NCBI GenBank assembly: GCA_014872655.1
Contig: WHHJ01000002.1
Coordinates: 8,135-72,134, forward strand
Direction: 5' to 3'
Length of the DNA stretch: 64,000 nt
DNA from: Clostridia bacterium
Lineage (GTDB): Bacteria; Bacillota; Clostridia; Oscillospirales; UBA644
Shown here one piece after another: positions 46,237 to 57,811 of this stretch. Positions within the stretch are counted from its first letter, which is position 1. Every line of letters begins with the position of its first letter. The notes beneath the pieces were generated by a model. It was given only the letters and a program-made list of their open reading frames with translations. It was not told the origin of the DNA and searched no databases. Both the position numbers and the translations under genes were made by a program.

Positions 46237-46803
46237 ATGGCAGAAGAAAGAAAGCCGGACGTTGCGGAAGAGCAAGTCGAAGCAGAATCGGCACCTGTAG
46301 AGACCATAGAACAGGATGAAAAGCAAGACAAAAAAGAAAAAAAAGACAAAAAAGAGAAGAAGGAGAAAAAATCGGCCCAGCAACAGCAGTTAGAGCAGTT
46401 GCAGGACAAATTCTTACGTTTGGCGGCGGATTTTGACAATTACAAAAAAAGAACAAACGCAGAAAAGGAAGCTTTACGAGCTGTTGTAGTCAGTGACACC
46501 GTGCAGATGATGTTGCCGATTTTAGACAATTTGGAACGGGCGGTTTTAGCGGCAGGTGATGAAGAATCTGCATTAAAAGACGGTGTGGTGATGGTGTTGA
46601 ATCAAGCCAAAACCGGGTTTGAAAAGTTTGGTATTGAGGCATTTGGAGAACGAGGCGAAGCCTTTAATCCCGAAATGCACAATGCAATTATGACTTGTGA
46701 GGACGAACAGTTGCAGCCGGATACGATTGCAGAAGTTTTGCAAAAAGGCTATCGGATCGGGGATAAGATTATTCGGCATGCTCTTGTTAAAGTTGTTCAA
46801 TAA
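46237..46803 (+). CDS. grpE: Nucleotide exchange factor GrpE
   Basis: FLRLAADFDNYKKRT and the C-terminal FNPEMHNAI...GYRIGDKIIRHALVKV. The N-terminus is a K/E-rich low-complexity repeat. Confidence 0.95.
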   Translation: MAEERKPDVAEEQVEAESAPVETIEQDEKQDKKEKKDKKEKKEKKSAQQQQLEQLQDKFLRLAADFDNYKKRTNAEKEALRAVVVSDTVQMMLPILDNLERAVLAAGDEESALKDGVVMVLNQAKTGFEKFGIEAFGERGEAFNPEMHNAIMTCEDEQLQPDTIAEVLQKGYRIGDKIIRHALVKVVQ

Positions 46804-48705
<1,902 letters not shown>

Positions 48706-48760
48706 AGATTGAGTGATGTTTGGGGCTGTCTGCGGGCAGCCCCAAAAGGAGATTTTTTGA

Positions 48761-49903
48761 ATGGCGGATAAAAGAGATTATTATGAGGTTTTAGGCGTTG
48801 GAAAATCGGCAAGCGAAGAAGAGTTAAAACGGGCTTATCGTAAACTTGCTAAACAATATCATCCGGATTTGCATCCGGGTGATAAAGAAGCTGAAAAGCA
48901 CTTTAAAGAAGTGAATGAAGCGTATGCGGTTTTATCCGATAAGGAAAAACGCAGTCGTTATGATCAATTTGGGCATGCCGGAGTCGATCCGTCTTATGGC
49001 GGCGGCGGTGCGGGCAGTTATACAACCAATATTGACTTTGGAGATTTGGGCGATATTTTCGGAAGCTTTTTCGGAGGCGGATTTGGCGGTACCAGCCGGC
49101 GTCGTTCTTCTGCAATTCCCGGGGAAGATGTTTCTGCTCAGGTTACGTTAAGTTTTCAAGAAGCTGTCTTTGGCTGTCAAAAAACGGTAAATATTCGTCG
49201 TATGGAAAAATGTGATGAATGTGACGGAACAGGTGCTGCAAAAGGGACACAAGCCGAAACTTGTCCTACCTGTAAGGGCAGCGGCGTTGTCAGACAGGTC
49301 TCTCAGACGATGTTTGGCGCGATGCAGACCGAACGCCCCTGTTCGCAGTGCGGCGGAACTGGGAAAATTATCAAAGAGCCTTGTAAAAACTGCAGCGGAA
49401 CCGGTCAAGTTCGCAAATCCAGAACGATTACGGTCAATATTCCGGCAGGTGTAAACAATGGGAATACGCTGTCCATGCGAGGAGAAGGCGGACAGGGTTT
49501 GAAAGGCGGGCCGAATGGAGATTTGCACATCGGGATCCGCGTAACACCACATCCGATTTTTACACGTAGAGAATTTGATATTTATTGTGATATTCCGATT
49601 ACATTGATTCAAGCTACGCTTGGCAGCACCATCAAAATCCCGACGATTGACGGGGATTATATCGATTATCGCATTCCCGAAGGGACGCAGTCTCATACTG
49701 TTATTACGTTCCGCGGGAAGGGAGTTCCACGTTTAAATTCACGGGGACGTGGCGATATGTTGGTAACGCTGCTGGTGGAGATTCCTAAGAATTTGAATGC
49801 GAAACAGAAAGATATTTTAAAGCAATTTGAAGCAGAAACAACCGGTCGGTCGTATGAAAAAAATCGGTCGTTTTGGGATAAGGTTAAAGATCTTTTTAAT
49901 TAA
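48761..49903 (+). CDS. dnaJ: Molecular chaperone DnaJ (type I Hsp40)
   Basis: J-domain DYYEVLGV...HPD, a G/F-rich linker, and four CxxCxGxG zinc-finger repeats. Confidence 0.97.
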   Translation: MADKRDYYEVLGVGKSASEEELKRAYRKLAKQYHPDLHPGDKEAEKHFKEVNEAYAVLSDKEKRSRYDQFGHAGVDPSYGGGGAGSYTTNIDFGDLGDIFGSFFGGGFGGTSRRRSSAIPGEDVSAQVTLSFQEAVFGCQKTVNIRRMEKCDECDGTGAAKGTQAETCPTCKGSGVVRQVSQTMFGAMQTERPCSQCGGTGKIIKEPCKNCSGTGQVRKSRTITVNIPAGVNNGNTLSMRGEGGQGLKGGPNGDLHIGIRVTPHPIFTRREFDIYCDIPITLIQATLGSTIKIPTIDGDYIDYRIPEGTQSHTVITFRGKGVPRLNSRGRGDMLVTLLVEIPKNLNAKQKDILKQFEAETTGRSYEKNRSFWDKVKDLFN

Positions 49904-49913
49904 AAAGTAATAA

Positions 49914-49946
49914 AAGGAACCAGGTGTCTCTTTTAGAGATATTTGG
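49914..49946 (+). terminator. Terminator after dnaJ
   Basis: Long imperfect hairpin GGAACCAGGTGTCTC-TTTT-AGAGATATTTGGTTCT followed by TTTTATTT. Confidence 0.75.
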
Positions 49947-50035
49947 TTCTTTTTATTTGTTAAATTTGACGGGAAAATGGTCTGATTGCACAAAAAACGC
50001 GCATTCGATTTAGTTAAGGGTTTACATGGATTTTA

Positions 50036-50064
50036 TAGACAAACAAAGGGTTGTATGGTATAAT
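50036..50064 (+). promoter_or_regulatory. Promoter of the hydrogenase operon (extended -10)
   Basis: TAGACA (50036-50041), 17 nt, TATAAT (50059-50064), with TG at 50056-50057. Confidence 0.6.
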
Positions 50065-50076
50065 ATATTTGAAAAC

Positions 50077-50096
50077 TTTGCAGATTTTTCTGCAAA
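50077..50096 (+). promoter_or_regulatory. 20-bp palindrome in the hydrogenase leader (candidate operator or 5' stem-loop)
   Basis: TTTGCAGA-TTTT-TCTGCAAA. The arms extend to 13 nt with one mismatch, about 7-26 nt downstream of the predicted start site. Confidence 0.5.
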
Positions 50097-50156
50097 CTTT
50101 TATTATGTAGACGCATAAAATAGAAGTCAGATTGAAGAGGGGAGAACAATCGGGAT

Positions 50157-50630
50157 ATGGAAGCGTTTGATTTTTCGGTTGTGGATCAGATTATTGATAA
50201 TCACGGGGCATCGCCGTCTGCGATCATTGCGGTATTGCAGGATGTTCAAGAACATTATCGTTATTTGCCAAAACCTGTTTTTGCTCGCATGGCTCAGCGG
50301 TTGGGAGTCAGCGAAACAAAGATTTACAGTGTTGCTACGTTTTATGAGAATTTTTCGTTGGAACCCAAAGGTAAATTCGTGATCCGGGTTTGTGACGGAA
50401 CCGCCTGCCATGTTCGGAAATCCGTTCCGATTTTAAAGCGGTTAAGAGAGGAATTGAATCTTTCGGAGCAAAAGCGTACAACAGACGATCTGGCTTTTAC
50501 AGTAGAAACGGTATCTTGCTTGGGTGCCTGCGGACTGGCGCCGGCATTGACGGTGAACGATGTGGTTCATCCTTCTATGACGCCGGAAAAGGCATCGGAA
50601 TTGATTGCAAAATTAAAGGAGGAACTGTAG
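50157..50630 (+). CDS. hydC: NuoE-like [2Fe-2S] subunit of bifurcating [FeFe] hydrogenase (HydC/HndA type)
   Basis: Thioredoxin-like ferredoxin pattern VCDGTACHVR ... CLGACGLAP. It is the first gene of the three-gene hydrogenase operon. Confidence 0.9.
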   Translation: MEAFDFSVVDQIIDNHGASPSAIIAVLQDVQEHYRYLPKPVFARMAQRLGVSETKIYSVATFYENFSLEPKGKFVIRVCDGTACHVRKSVPILKRLREELNLSEQKRTTDDLAFTVETVSCLGACGLAPALTVNDVVHPSMTPEKASELIAKLKEEL

Positions 50631-50631
50631 C

Positions 50632-52506
50632 ATGCTAAACTCAAGACAGCAATTGGATGATTTGAGGGCTGTATACAGGCACTCTATCGAGCAGGAGAAA
50701 AAACGCATCTTGGTCTGCGGTGGAACCGGTTGTGTTTCCAGCGGTTCTTTGGATATTTTTGAAAGATTAAAACAACTCATGCAAGACCGCGGAATAGCAT
50801 GTTCGGTGGAATTGCAAAAAGAACCTCACCAAGATAGTGTAGGATTAAAAAAGAGCGGATGTCACGGATTTTGTGAAATGGGGCCGTTAGTACGTATTGA
50901 GCCGTTCGGTTATTTGTATGTGAAGGTTCAGCTTTCAGATTGTGAAGAGATTGTAGACCGGACCATTTTGAAAGGTGAACATATTGAACGGTTGGCATAT
51001 CAACGGGACGGCGTGATGTATCGTCGGCAGGAAGATATTCCGTTTTATAAAAAACAGACCCGAATGGTATTGGAACATTGCGGGCATATTGATGCAACGT
51101 CAATTTTAGAATATATCGGCATCGGTGGCTATGAGGCTTTTGAAAAGGCATTGTTTGATATGTCTGCCGATGATATTATTGCAGAGATTTCCGATTCGAA
51201 TTTGCGCGGTCGTGGCGGCGGTGGATTTCCGACGGGGAAAAAATGGAGTCAGGTTCGTCGGAATCAGGCCGATAAAAAGTATATTGTATGTAATGGTGAT
51301 GAGGGAGACCCCGGCGCTTTTATGGACCGGAGTATTATGGAAGGCGACCCACATCGAATGCTGGAAGGAATGATGATTGCCGGGATTGCGTGCGGTGCCG
51401 ACGAGGGATATATCTATGTCCGAGCCGAATATCCGATGGCAGTTATGCGTCTGCGTACTGCTATTGAGCAGGCGGAGCAGCTGGGCTTATTAGGCGATCA
51501 TATTTTAGGAACGGATTTTTGTTTTAGAATTCATATCAGCCGAGGCGCCGGTGCGTTTGTTTGTGGTGAAGGCAGTGCGCTGACTTCTTCTATCGAAGGT
51601 AAACGGGGGATGCCGCGTGTCAAACCTCCGCGCACGGTGGAACATGGTTTGTTTGATAAACCGACCGTTTTAAATAATGTAGAGACTTATGCCAATGTGC
51701 CGATCATTATCCGAAAAGGAGCTGACTGGTACAAAACCGTGGGCCCGGAAAACAGTCCTGGAACGAAAGCCTTTGCCCTGACGGGAAATATTGTGAATAC
51801 CGGGTTGATTGAAGTTCCGATGGGGGCTACGTTGCGGGATGTCATTTTTGATATCGGCGGCGGAATGCGTGACGGCGGAACCTTTAAAGCGGTTCAGATC
51901 GGCGGTCCGTCCGGGGGCTGTCTGATTACGGCGGATCTGGATTTACCGTTAGATTTTGATAGTTTGAAAAAAGCCGGCGGCATGATCGGTTCCGGCGGCC
52001 TGGTAGTTATGGATGAAAAAACCTGTATGGTAGAAGTTGCACGGTTTTTTATGAATTTTACGCAAAACGAATCCTGCGGTAAGTGTGTGCCCTGCCGGGA
52101 GGGAACGAAGCGTATGTTGGAAATCTTGGAGCGAATTGTTGCCGGAGAAGGCCGTGATGGCGATATCGAATTGTTGGAAGAACTGGCGGATACGATTTCT
52201 TCAACGGCTCTGTGCGGTTTGGGAAAAACGGCTGCGCTGCCTGTCATCAGCACGATTAAAAATTTTAGGGCAGAGTATGAGGCTCATATTTATGATAAAA
52301 AATGTCCTGCCGGCGCTTGCCAGAAATTAAAGCGGATTTACATTGATCCGGATTTATGCCGTGGTTGTTCGAAGTGTTCCAGAGTCTGTCCTGTCAGTGC
52401 GATCAGCGGGCAGATAAAATCCGCCTTTGTAATAGATTCCGGCAAATGTATCAAGTGCGGAACATGTATTGATGCTTGTGCATTTCATGCGATTAAGGAG
52501 GGCTAA
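50632..52506 (+). CDS. hydB: NuoF-like NAD(P)H/FMN-binding subunit of bifurcating [FeFe] hydrogenase (HydB/HndC type)
   Basis: GRGGGGFPTGKKW, CNGDEGDPGAF, ESCGKCVPCREG, and two C-terminal CxxCxxCxxxCP ferredoxin motifs. Confidence 0.93.
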   Translation: MLNSRQQLDDLRAVYRHSIEQEKKRILVCGGTGCVSSGSLDIFERLKQLMQDRGIACSVELQKEPHQDSVGLKKSGCHGFCEMGPLVRIEPFGYLYVKVQLSDCEEIVDRTILKGEHIERLAYQRDGVMYRRQEDIPFYKKQTRMVLEHCGHIDATSILEYIGIGGYEAFEKALFDMSADDIIAEISDSNLRGRGGGGFPTGKKWSQVRRNQADKKYIVCNGDEGDPGAFMDRSIMEGDPHRMLEGMMIAGIACGADEGYIYVRAEYPMAVMRLRTAIEQAEQLGLLGDHILGTDFCFRIHISRGAGAFVCGEGSALTSSIEGKRGMPRVKPPRTVEHGLFDKPTVLNNVETYANVPIIIRKGADWYKTVGPENSPGTKAFALTGNIVNTGLIEVPMGATLRDVIFDIGGGMRDGGTFKAVQIGGPSGGCLITADLDLPLDFDSLKKAGGMIGSGGLVVMDEKTCMVEVARFFMNFTQNESCGKCVPCREGTKRMLEILERIVAGEGRDGDIELLEELADTISSTALCGLGKTAALPVISTIKNFRAEYEAHIYDKKCPAGACQKLKRIYIDPDLCRGCSKCSRVCPVSAISGQIKSAFVIDSGKCIKCGTCIDACAFHAIKEG

Positions 52507-52508
52507 AG

Positions 52509-54215
52509 ATGGATCAGACACAGATGATGACAATAGACGGGATGCCTGTTGCGATAAACGGAGAAAAAAATTTACTGGAACTGATTCGCAAAGTAGGGGT
52601 CAAGATGCCTACCTTTTGTTACCATTCGGATTTGTCTGTATATGGCGCTTGCCGGATGTGCATGGTAGAAAATGAGCGTGGCGGATTGGAAGCGGCTTGC
52701 TCTACGCCGCCTCGTCCCGGGATGAATATTCGTACTAATACCGAGCGGCTCAGAAAATACCGTAAGATGATCTTGGAACTTTTACTTGCCGACCATTGCA
52801 GGGATTGTACGACATGCTCCAACAATGGACATTGTAAATTACAAAGTCTGGCGATTCGATTTAATATCAGCGATGTTCGGTTTCCGAATACATCTCCTAA
52901 ACCCCGAGTAGACGATTCGTCGGTTTGTATCACGCGCGATGCCAGCAAGTGCATTCTTTGCGGGGACTGTGTGCGGGTTTGTGACGAGATTCAGGCTGTC
53001 GGTGCGATTGATTTTATCAATCGAGGATCAAAGATGTATATCGGAACGGCGTTTAATAAACCGTTGCCCGAGACAGGGTGCGTGGGGTGCGGACAATGCT
53101 CGTTGGCCTGTCCGACCGGTGCGATTGTGGTAAAAAATCATGTAGAACAGGTTTGGAAATTGTTGGATGATCCTGCGGTACGAGTCTCTGTTCAGGTAGC
53201 TCCCGCTGTTCGGGTTGCGATTGGGCGTGAATTCGGACTCAGTGACGGTGAAGATTGTATGGGGAAAGTGGTTACGGCTCTGCGTCATATGGGATTTGAT
53301 GAGGTATATGACACCTCGACAGCGGCAGATTTAACCGTTATGGAAGAAGCTGCTGAATTTGTACAGAAATTTTCAGAAGGAAAAACCGCTCAAATGCCGT
53401 TGTTTACATCCTGTTGTCCGGCTTGGATACAGTTTTGTGAGAAAAAGCATCCGGATATTTTACCATATCTTTCTACTTGTCGATCTCCTATGCAAATGTT
53501 TGCGTCGGTGCTTCGAGCACATAACGAAACAAAGAAAGACGGCGTTTGTTATAAGCATGTAGCAGTTATGCCGTGTACGGCAAAGAAATTTGAGGCACAG
53601 CGGGAGGAATTTCGTAAAAACGGATTGTCGAACGTAGATTATGTGATTACGACACAGGAACTGATTCAGATGATTAAAGAATCCGGTATTTTGTTCTCGG
53701 ATATTGAACCGGATGGATTAGATATGCCGTTTGCTTTAAAATCCGGAGGAGGCGTGATTTTTGGCGTAAGCGGCGGTGTTACGGAAGCTGTTTTACGGCG
53801 CATTTCAGAAGATAAATCGGCAAAAGCGATGCGTGAAATTGCCTTTCAGGGCGTTCGCGGATTAAAGGGAGTGAAACATGCCGAAGTAACCGTCGATGGG
53901 AAACTTGTTCAGATAGCGGTAGTCAGTGGGCTAAGAAATGCCGAAAATCTGATCGAGAAGATAAAAAACAAACAAGTGCATTATGACTTTGTTGAGGTGA
54001 TGGCTTGTCCTGGCGGCTGTATTTGCGGCGGTGGGCAGCCGTTCGTTCCCAAAAAGTCTAAACAGCGCAGAAGCGACGGTCTTTATAATACGGATAAGGT
54101 CAGCAGTATGAAGTCTCCGGACGAAAATCCGGTGATGAAAGAACTGTATGCCGGATTATTGAAAGGCAGAACGCACGAATTGCTGCATGTGGATTATTTA
54201 AAGCGTCAGCAATAG
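52509..54215 (+). CDS. hydA: [FeFe] hydrogenase catalytic subunit (group A3-like)
   Basis: The N-terminal 2Fe-2S and 4Fe-4S ferredoxin modules are present. H-cluster signatures are FTSCCPAW (L1), MPCTAKKFE (L2) and EVMACPGGCICGGGQP (L3). Confidence 0.96.
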   Translation: MDQTQMMTIDGMPVAINGEKNLLELIRKVGVKMPTFCYHSDLSVYGACRMCMVENERGGLEAACSTPPRPGMNIRTNTERLRKYRKMILELLLADHCRDCTTCSNNGHCKLQSLAIRFNISDVRFPNTSPKPRVDDSSVCITRDASKCILCGDCVRVCDEIQAVGAIDFINRGSKMYIGTAFNKPLPETGCVGCGQCSLACPTGAIVVKNHVEQVWKLLDDPAVRVSVQVAPAVRVAIGREFGLSDGEDCMGKVVTALRHMGFDEVYDTSTAADLTVMEEAAEFVQKFSEGKTAQMPLFTSCCPAWIQFCEKKHPDILPYLSTCRSPMQMFASVLRAHNETKKDGVCYKHVAVMPCTAKKFEAQREEFRKNGLSNVDYVITTQELIQMIKESGILFSDIEPDGLDMPFALKSGGGVIFGVSGGVTEAVLRRISEDKSAKAMREIAFQGVRGLKGVKHAEVTVDGKLVQIAVVSGLRNAENLIEKIKNKQVHYDFVEVMACPGGCICGGGQPFVPKKSKQRRSDGLYNTDKVSSMKSPDENPVMKELYAGLLKGRTHELLHVDYLKRQQ

Positions 54216-54264
54216 ATATCTGATTTTTTAGGGTTGGCAATGATGAAAATAAGGGGGGCTATTT

Positions 54265-54936
54265 ATGTATTGCAAACATTGCGGCGCCGCAGTATCGGAA
54301 CAGGATCGGTATTGTCCTTATTGCGGGTCTGCGATTGCAATTGATTATTCGGCACAAGCCAATGTGGGAAGTGTTATAAATTCTGGTCCAAGCGTTTATG
54401 TGGGTGTTCCGGACCAGCATTTGTCCAAATGCTTTCCGAATGGATTAAATCCTTCTCAGTATATAGCAGCGCAGAAGTTAGGATTTTATAAGTTTATTAT
54501 CTATTTTCAACTTTTTGCTGCCATGGCGTTTTATTTTTTTATGGCAATTCTTATGTTTACCGGAGCGTATTGGCCTATTCTGGGAGGTGTATCTTCACAA
54601 GATATTTATTCTTTCTATCCGGATATGATCATTGCCGATTATGTGTATGGCATTTTGTTGATTGTTTTGGGTATTTATGCGATTTGCGTGAGATTTTGGC
54701 TATCCCAATTCAGGTCTTATGCTTTGATGACTTATGTGATGTTGTATGGAGCTGCTACGATTCTTAGTTTTTTATATATCGTATGTCAGTACTTATGTAC
54801 AAACGGAATGGTGGATCCTGTTGCATATTGGTCATCCGTCTTGCCGTCTATAGTATCGTCTTTGATTTCTGCTGTGGTATGGATCACAATCTCGTGTATT
54901 TATTTTAATAAACGAAAATCATTATTTGTTTATTGA
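54265..54936 (+). CDS. Zinc-ribbon domain membrane protein, unknown function
   Basis: N-terminal CKHCG...CPYCG zinc ribbon followed by 4-5 hydrophobic helices. Confidence 0.75.
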   Translation: MYCKHCGAAVSEQDRYCPYCGSAIAIDYSAQANVGSVINSGPSVYVGVPDQHLSKCFPNGLNPSQYIAAQKLGFYKFIIYFQLFAAMAFYFFMAILMFTGAYWPILGGVSSQDIYSFYPDMIIADYVYGILLIVLGIYAICVRFWLSQFRSYALMTYVMLYGAATILSFLYIVCQYLCTNGMVDPVAYWSSVLPSIVSSLISAVVWITISCIYFNKRKSLFVY

Positions 54937-54979
54937 AAACCTTATTGAAAACCTCTCGGATCTTAAGATGAAAAGAAAA

Positions 54980-55007
54980 GGCTCTCTGTTTCTCAGAGAG
55001 CCTTTTT
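54980..55007 (+). terminator. Rho-independent terminator
   Basis: GGCTCTCTG (54980-54988), loop, CAGAGAGCC (54994-55002), then TTTTT. Confidence 0.9.
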
Positions 55008-55155
55008 GTGGTATAATATGCGCAGAAAGTCTTGCTTTGCAAGCCTTAGGGCTTTCGCCCGGAGCGCATTTCATGCGCCTGCGTTATTGACGGCTTCGCA
55101 AAAATGCCTTTGCAAGCAAGCATTTTTGTTTCATGGTATAATGCCTTTATCTTTT

Positions 55156-55205
55156 GAAAAAAATAAGGCCGCAAACCTTTTATAATGAGGTTTGCGGCTT
55201 TTATT
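55156..55205. terminator. Bidirectional terminator (serves ftsH on the minus strand)
   Basis: A run of A, then GCCGCAAACC (55168-55177), an 11-nt loop, GGTTTGCGGC (55189-55198), then TTTTATT. Confidence 0.85.
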
Positions 55206-55214
55206 GTTGCTTTG

Positions 55215-57152
55215 TTACTGTTCGGCTTTATCCGTATTTTCCGATTTTTCTTCAGAAGAAGTCGGATTGTCCTTCGTCTGAGACTCTTTTTGAGCGTCGT
55301 CGAATGTTGATGATAATTCTTCTCCAGCCAAGATCTTTTTGAATTCTGCTTCGGATAATTTTTCGCGTTCAATCAAATAAGAGGCTACTTTTTCAAGCTG
55401 TACCTTGTGTTCGGTCAAAATCTGAGTCGCTTTGGCGTAAGCGTCGTCCAGCAGTTTTTTGATTTCGCTGTCGATCAGAGATTCCAGTGCTTCGGATGCG
55501 TCCTGATGTGCAGCTAAGTCTCTCCCCAGGAATACCTCGTTATGGTCAGAACCAAAAGACATCGGTCCCACTTTATCAGACATACCGTATCGGGTTACCA
55601 TATTGCGGGCAATTTGAGTTGCGCGCTGAATATCATTGGATGCTCCGGTTGATACATCATGTAAACAGATTTCTTCAGCCACTCGGCCGCCCAGCAGACC
55701 AACCAGTTCGTCCAGCATTTCATTTTTAGAAGAGTAATTTTTTTCTTCCTTTGGCACATAGTAGGTATAGCCGCCTGCCAGACCTCGTGGAATAATTGAA
55801 ATTTCATGCACCGGATCGGTGTATTCAAGGAAAGTAGACGCGATTGCGTGTCCGGATTCATGAATGGCTGTAATTTTTTTGTCTTTTTCAGACATGCGGG
55901 CCGACTTTTTCTCTACGCCGACAATAACTTTCAAAATGGCGTCATCCACGTCTGCAGAAGAAATTTTATCATGTTTTCTTCTGGCCGCAAGCAGCGCAGC
56001 TTCATTTAAAATGTTGGCCAAATCAGCAGGTGAAAACCCTGCGGTGGATTTTGCAATGTGTGCAAAGCTGACATCGTCACCAATTTTCTTGTTCTTTGCA
56101 TGAATTTTCAAAATAGCTTCCCGTGCTTTTACATCCGGCAGATGAATCACAATTTGCCGGTCAAAACGGCCTGGCCGCAATAATGCACTGTCCAGTACGT
56201 CTGGACGGTTTGTGGCTGCCATGACGATGACGCCTTCATTTTCTTCAAATCCGTCCATTTCAACAAGTAACTGGTTCAATGTTTGTTCGCGTTCGTCGTG
56301 TCCGCCGCCGAGACCTGCGCCTCTTTGACGGCCTACCGCATCAATTTCATCGATAAAGATGATACAAGGGGCATTCTTTTTGGCTTGTTCAAACGTGTCT
56401 CTGACACGCGACGCACCTACACCAACATACAGCTCTACAAAATCAGAGCCTGAAATAGAGAAAAACGGAACGCCGGCTTCTCCGGAAGTGGCTTTTGCCA
56501 AATAGGTTTTACCGGTTCCCGGTGCGCCTACCATTAAAATACCTCGGGGAATTTTAGCGCCGATCTCTGTGAATTTCTGTGGATTTTTTAAGAAATCCAC
56601 CACTTCAATCAATTCTTCTTTTTCTTCCTCTGCTCCGGCAACGTCTTTGAACATGACTTTCTTCTTGGAATCAGAGCCTAATTTTAATCGGGCTTTTCCA
56701 AAGCTCATTGCGCCTTTTGCGCCGCCGCCGTTCATTTGGTTGATCATCATGATGACAAAGAAAATCATGATTCCGCCAAACAGAACATAGGGGATAATAG
56801 ATAACCAAATAGGCGTTTGACCTGCCGGAATCGTGTCAAATTCCATATTGTATGTGGATTGCCCTGTTTCAGCATCCACGGTTTTGATGTAGGGATCAAC
56901 GTCTTCCAAAAACAGAGCAACGCTGTACAGTTCAAAAGATTGTTCTTTGGTCCCGTCGATTTCTTCTTTGAGTTGGAGTTTCAAGGTCGTGTTGTCAATG
57001 ACAAACGATTCAACCTTTCCGTCTTTAAATTCGTTGATAATATCGGTATATTTCAGCTTTCGTGTAGATGTTCCGGACATCAACAACATCACTACCAGCG
57101 CCAGTATTAAGATCAACGCCGCATAAATGCCAAAACTTCTGTATTTTTTCAT
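55215..57152 (-). CDS. ftsH: ATP-dependent zinc metalloprotease FtsH
   Basis: Two N-terminal TM helices, AAA Walker [18 protein letters not shown], an SRH region, and the zinc site HESGHAI. Confidence 0.97.
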   Translation of the reverse strand: MKKYRSFGIYAALILILALVVMLLMSGTSTRKLKYTDIINEFKDGKVESFVIDNTTLKLQLKEEIDGTKEQSFELYSVALFLEDVDPYIKTVDAETGQSTYNMEFDTIPAGQTPIWLSIIPYVLFGGIMIFFVIMMINQMNGGGAKGAMSFGKARLKLGSDSKKKVMFKDVAGAEEEKEELIEVVDFLKNPQKFTEIGAKIPRGILMVGAPGTGKTYLAKATSGEAGVPFFSISGSDFVELYVGVGASRVRDTFEQAKKNAPCIIFIDEIDAVGRQRGAGLGGGHDEREQTLNQLLVEMDGFEENEGVIVMAATNRPDVLDSALLRPGRFDRQIVIHLPDVKAREAILKIHAKNKKIGDDVSFAHIAKSTAGFSPADLANILNEAALLAARRKHDKISSADVDDAILKVIVGVEKKSARMSEKDKKITAIHESGHAIASTFLEYTDPVHEISIIPRGLAGGYTYYVPKEEKNYSSKNEMLDELVGLLGGRVAEEICLHDVSTGASNDIQRATQIARNMVTRYGMSDKVGPMSFGSDHNEVFLGRDLAAHQDASEALESLIDSEIKKLLDDAYAKATQILTEHKVQLEKVASYLIEREKLSEAEFKKILAGEELSSTFDDAQKESQTKDNPTSSEEKSENTDKAEQ

Positions 57153-57165
57153 TTGTCCACCTCTT

Positions 57166-57708
57166 TTACTTGTTTGTGTCCGGTTCGATAATCGCTATGT
57201 AAGGAAGGTTTCTGTAACGTTCTCCATAGTCGAGTCCGTATCCGACAATAAATTTATCTTCAATACGCATTCCGCAATAATCCAGTCGTACTTCTGCTTT
57301 TCTGCGTTCCGGTTTGTCCAGCAGTGTGCAGACTTTTAAAGATTTTGGTTTTCGGGTATTAAGCAGTTGAATCAATTTAGATAAGGTATAGCCGCTGTCT
57401 AAAATATCTTCAACAATAATGATATCATAATCAGAAGCATTGATATTCAGGTCCATATTGATTTTTACATTTCCGGTCGAAGCTGTTCCTTTTCCGTAAC
57501 TGGATACAGACATAAAATCGATGGCCAGCGGCATATCAATTTTTCGCATTAAATCTGTCATAAAAACGGTAGAACCTTTTAAGATTCCTACCAATAACAA
57601 ATTGGAATCCGGTTTGTTTTTATAATCGGCTTCGATTTCTTTTGCAATCCGGCAAACAGCCTGCTGAATTTGCTGCTCGGATATGTACGTTGTAAGTTTA
57701 TCTGCCAT
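57166..57708 (-). CDS. hpt: Hypoxanthine phosphoribosyltransferase
   Basis: PRPP-binding IIIVEDILDSGYTL and conserved tilS-hpt-ftsH synteny. Confidence 0.95.
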   Translation of the reverse strand: MADKLTTYISEQQIQQAVCRIAKEIEADYKNKPDSNLLLVGILKGSTVFMTDLMRKIDMPLAIDFMSVSSYGKGTASTGNVKINMDLNINASDYDIIIVEDILDSGYTLSKLIQLLNTRKPKSLKVCTLLDKPERRKAEVRLDYCGMRIEDKFIVGYGLDYGERYRNLPYIAIIEPDTNK

Positions 57709-57811
57709 ATCATACTCCTATATCATTGATACTTCTATATTATATATGCTTTTATCATGTAAATTTCAAACTAAATGTAACTTTTTTATCAATTCTTAAT
57801 TTTTTATGTTT

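Noticed and set aside
46123-46456. Three minus-strand ORFs (83-95 aa) rich in F, L and S.
   Set aside because: They are antisense readings of the AAG/GAA-rich K/E repeat at the grpE 5' end and the hrcA 3' end.
54937-55215. The switch from mostly plus-strand genes (left) to a solid minus-strand block (ftsH…yybS, right), considered as a replication terminus or inversion breakpoint.
   Set aside because: Other minus-strand blocks exist in the window (16.4-24.0 kb and 41.0-42.5 kb). Visual GC skew is confounded by the coding strand. A 64-kb window cannot establish replichore structure. Whole-genome cumulative GC skew would be needed.
55046-55372. A 108-aa minus-strand ORF spanning the ftsH 3' end and the intergenic region.
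   Set aside because: It overlaps ftsH out of frame and crosses the bidirectional terminator. The translation is basic and low-complexity.
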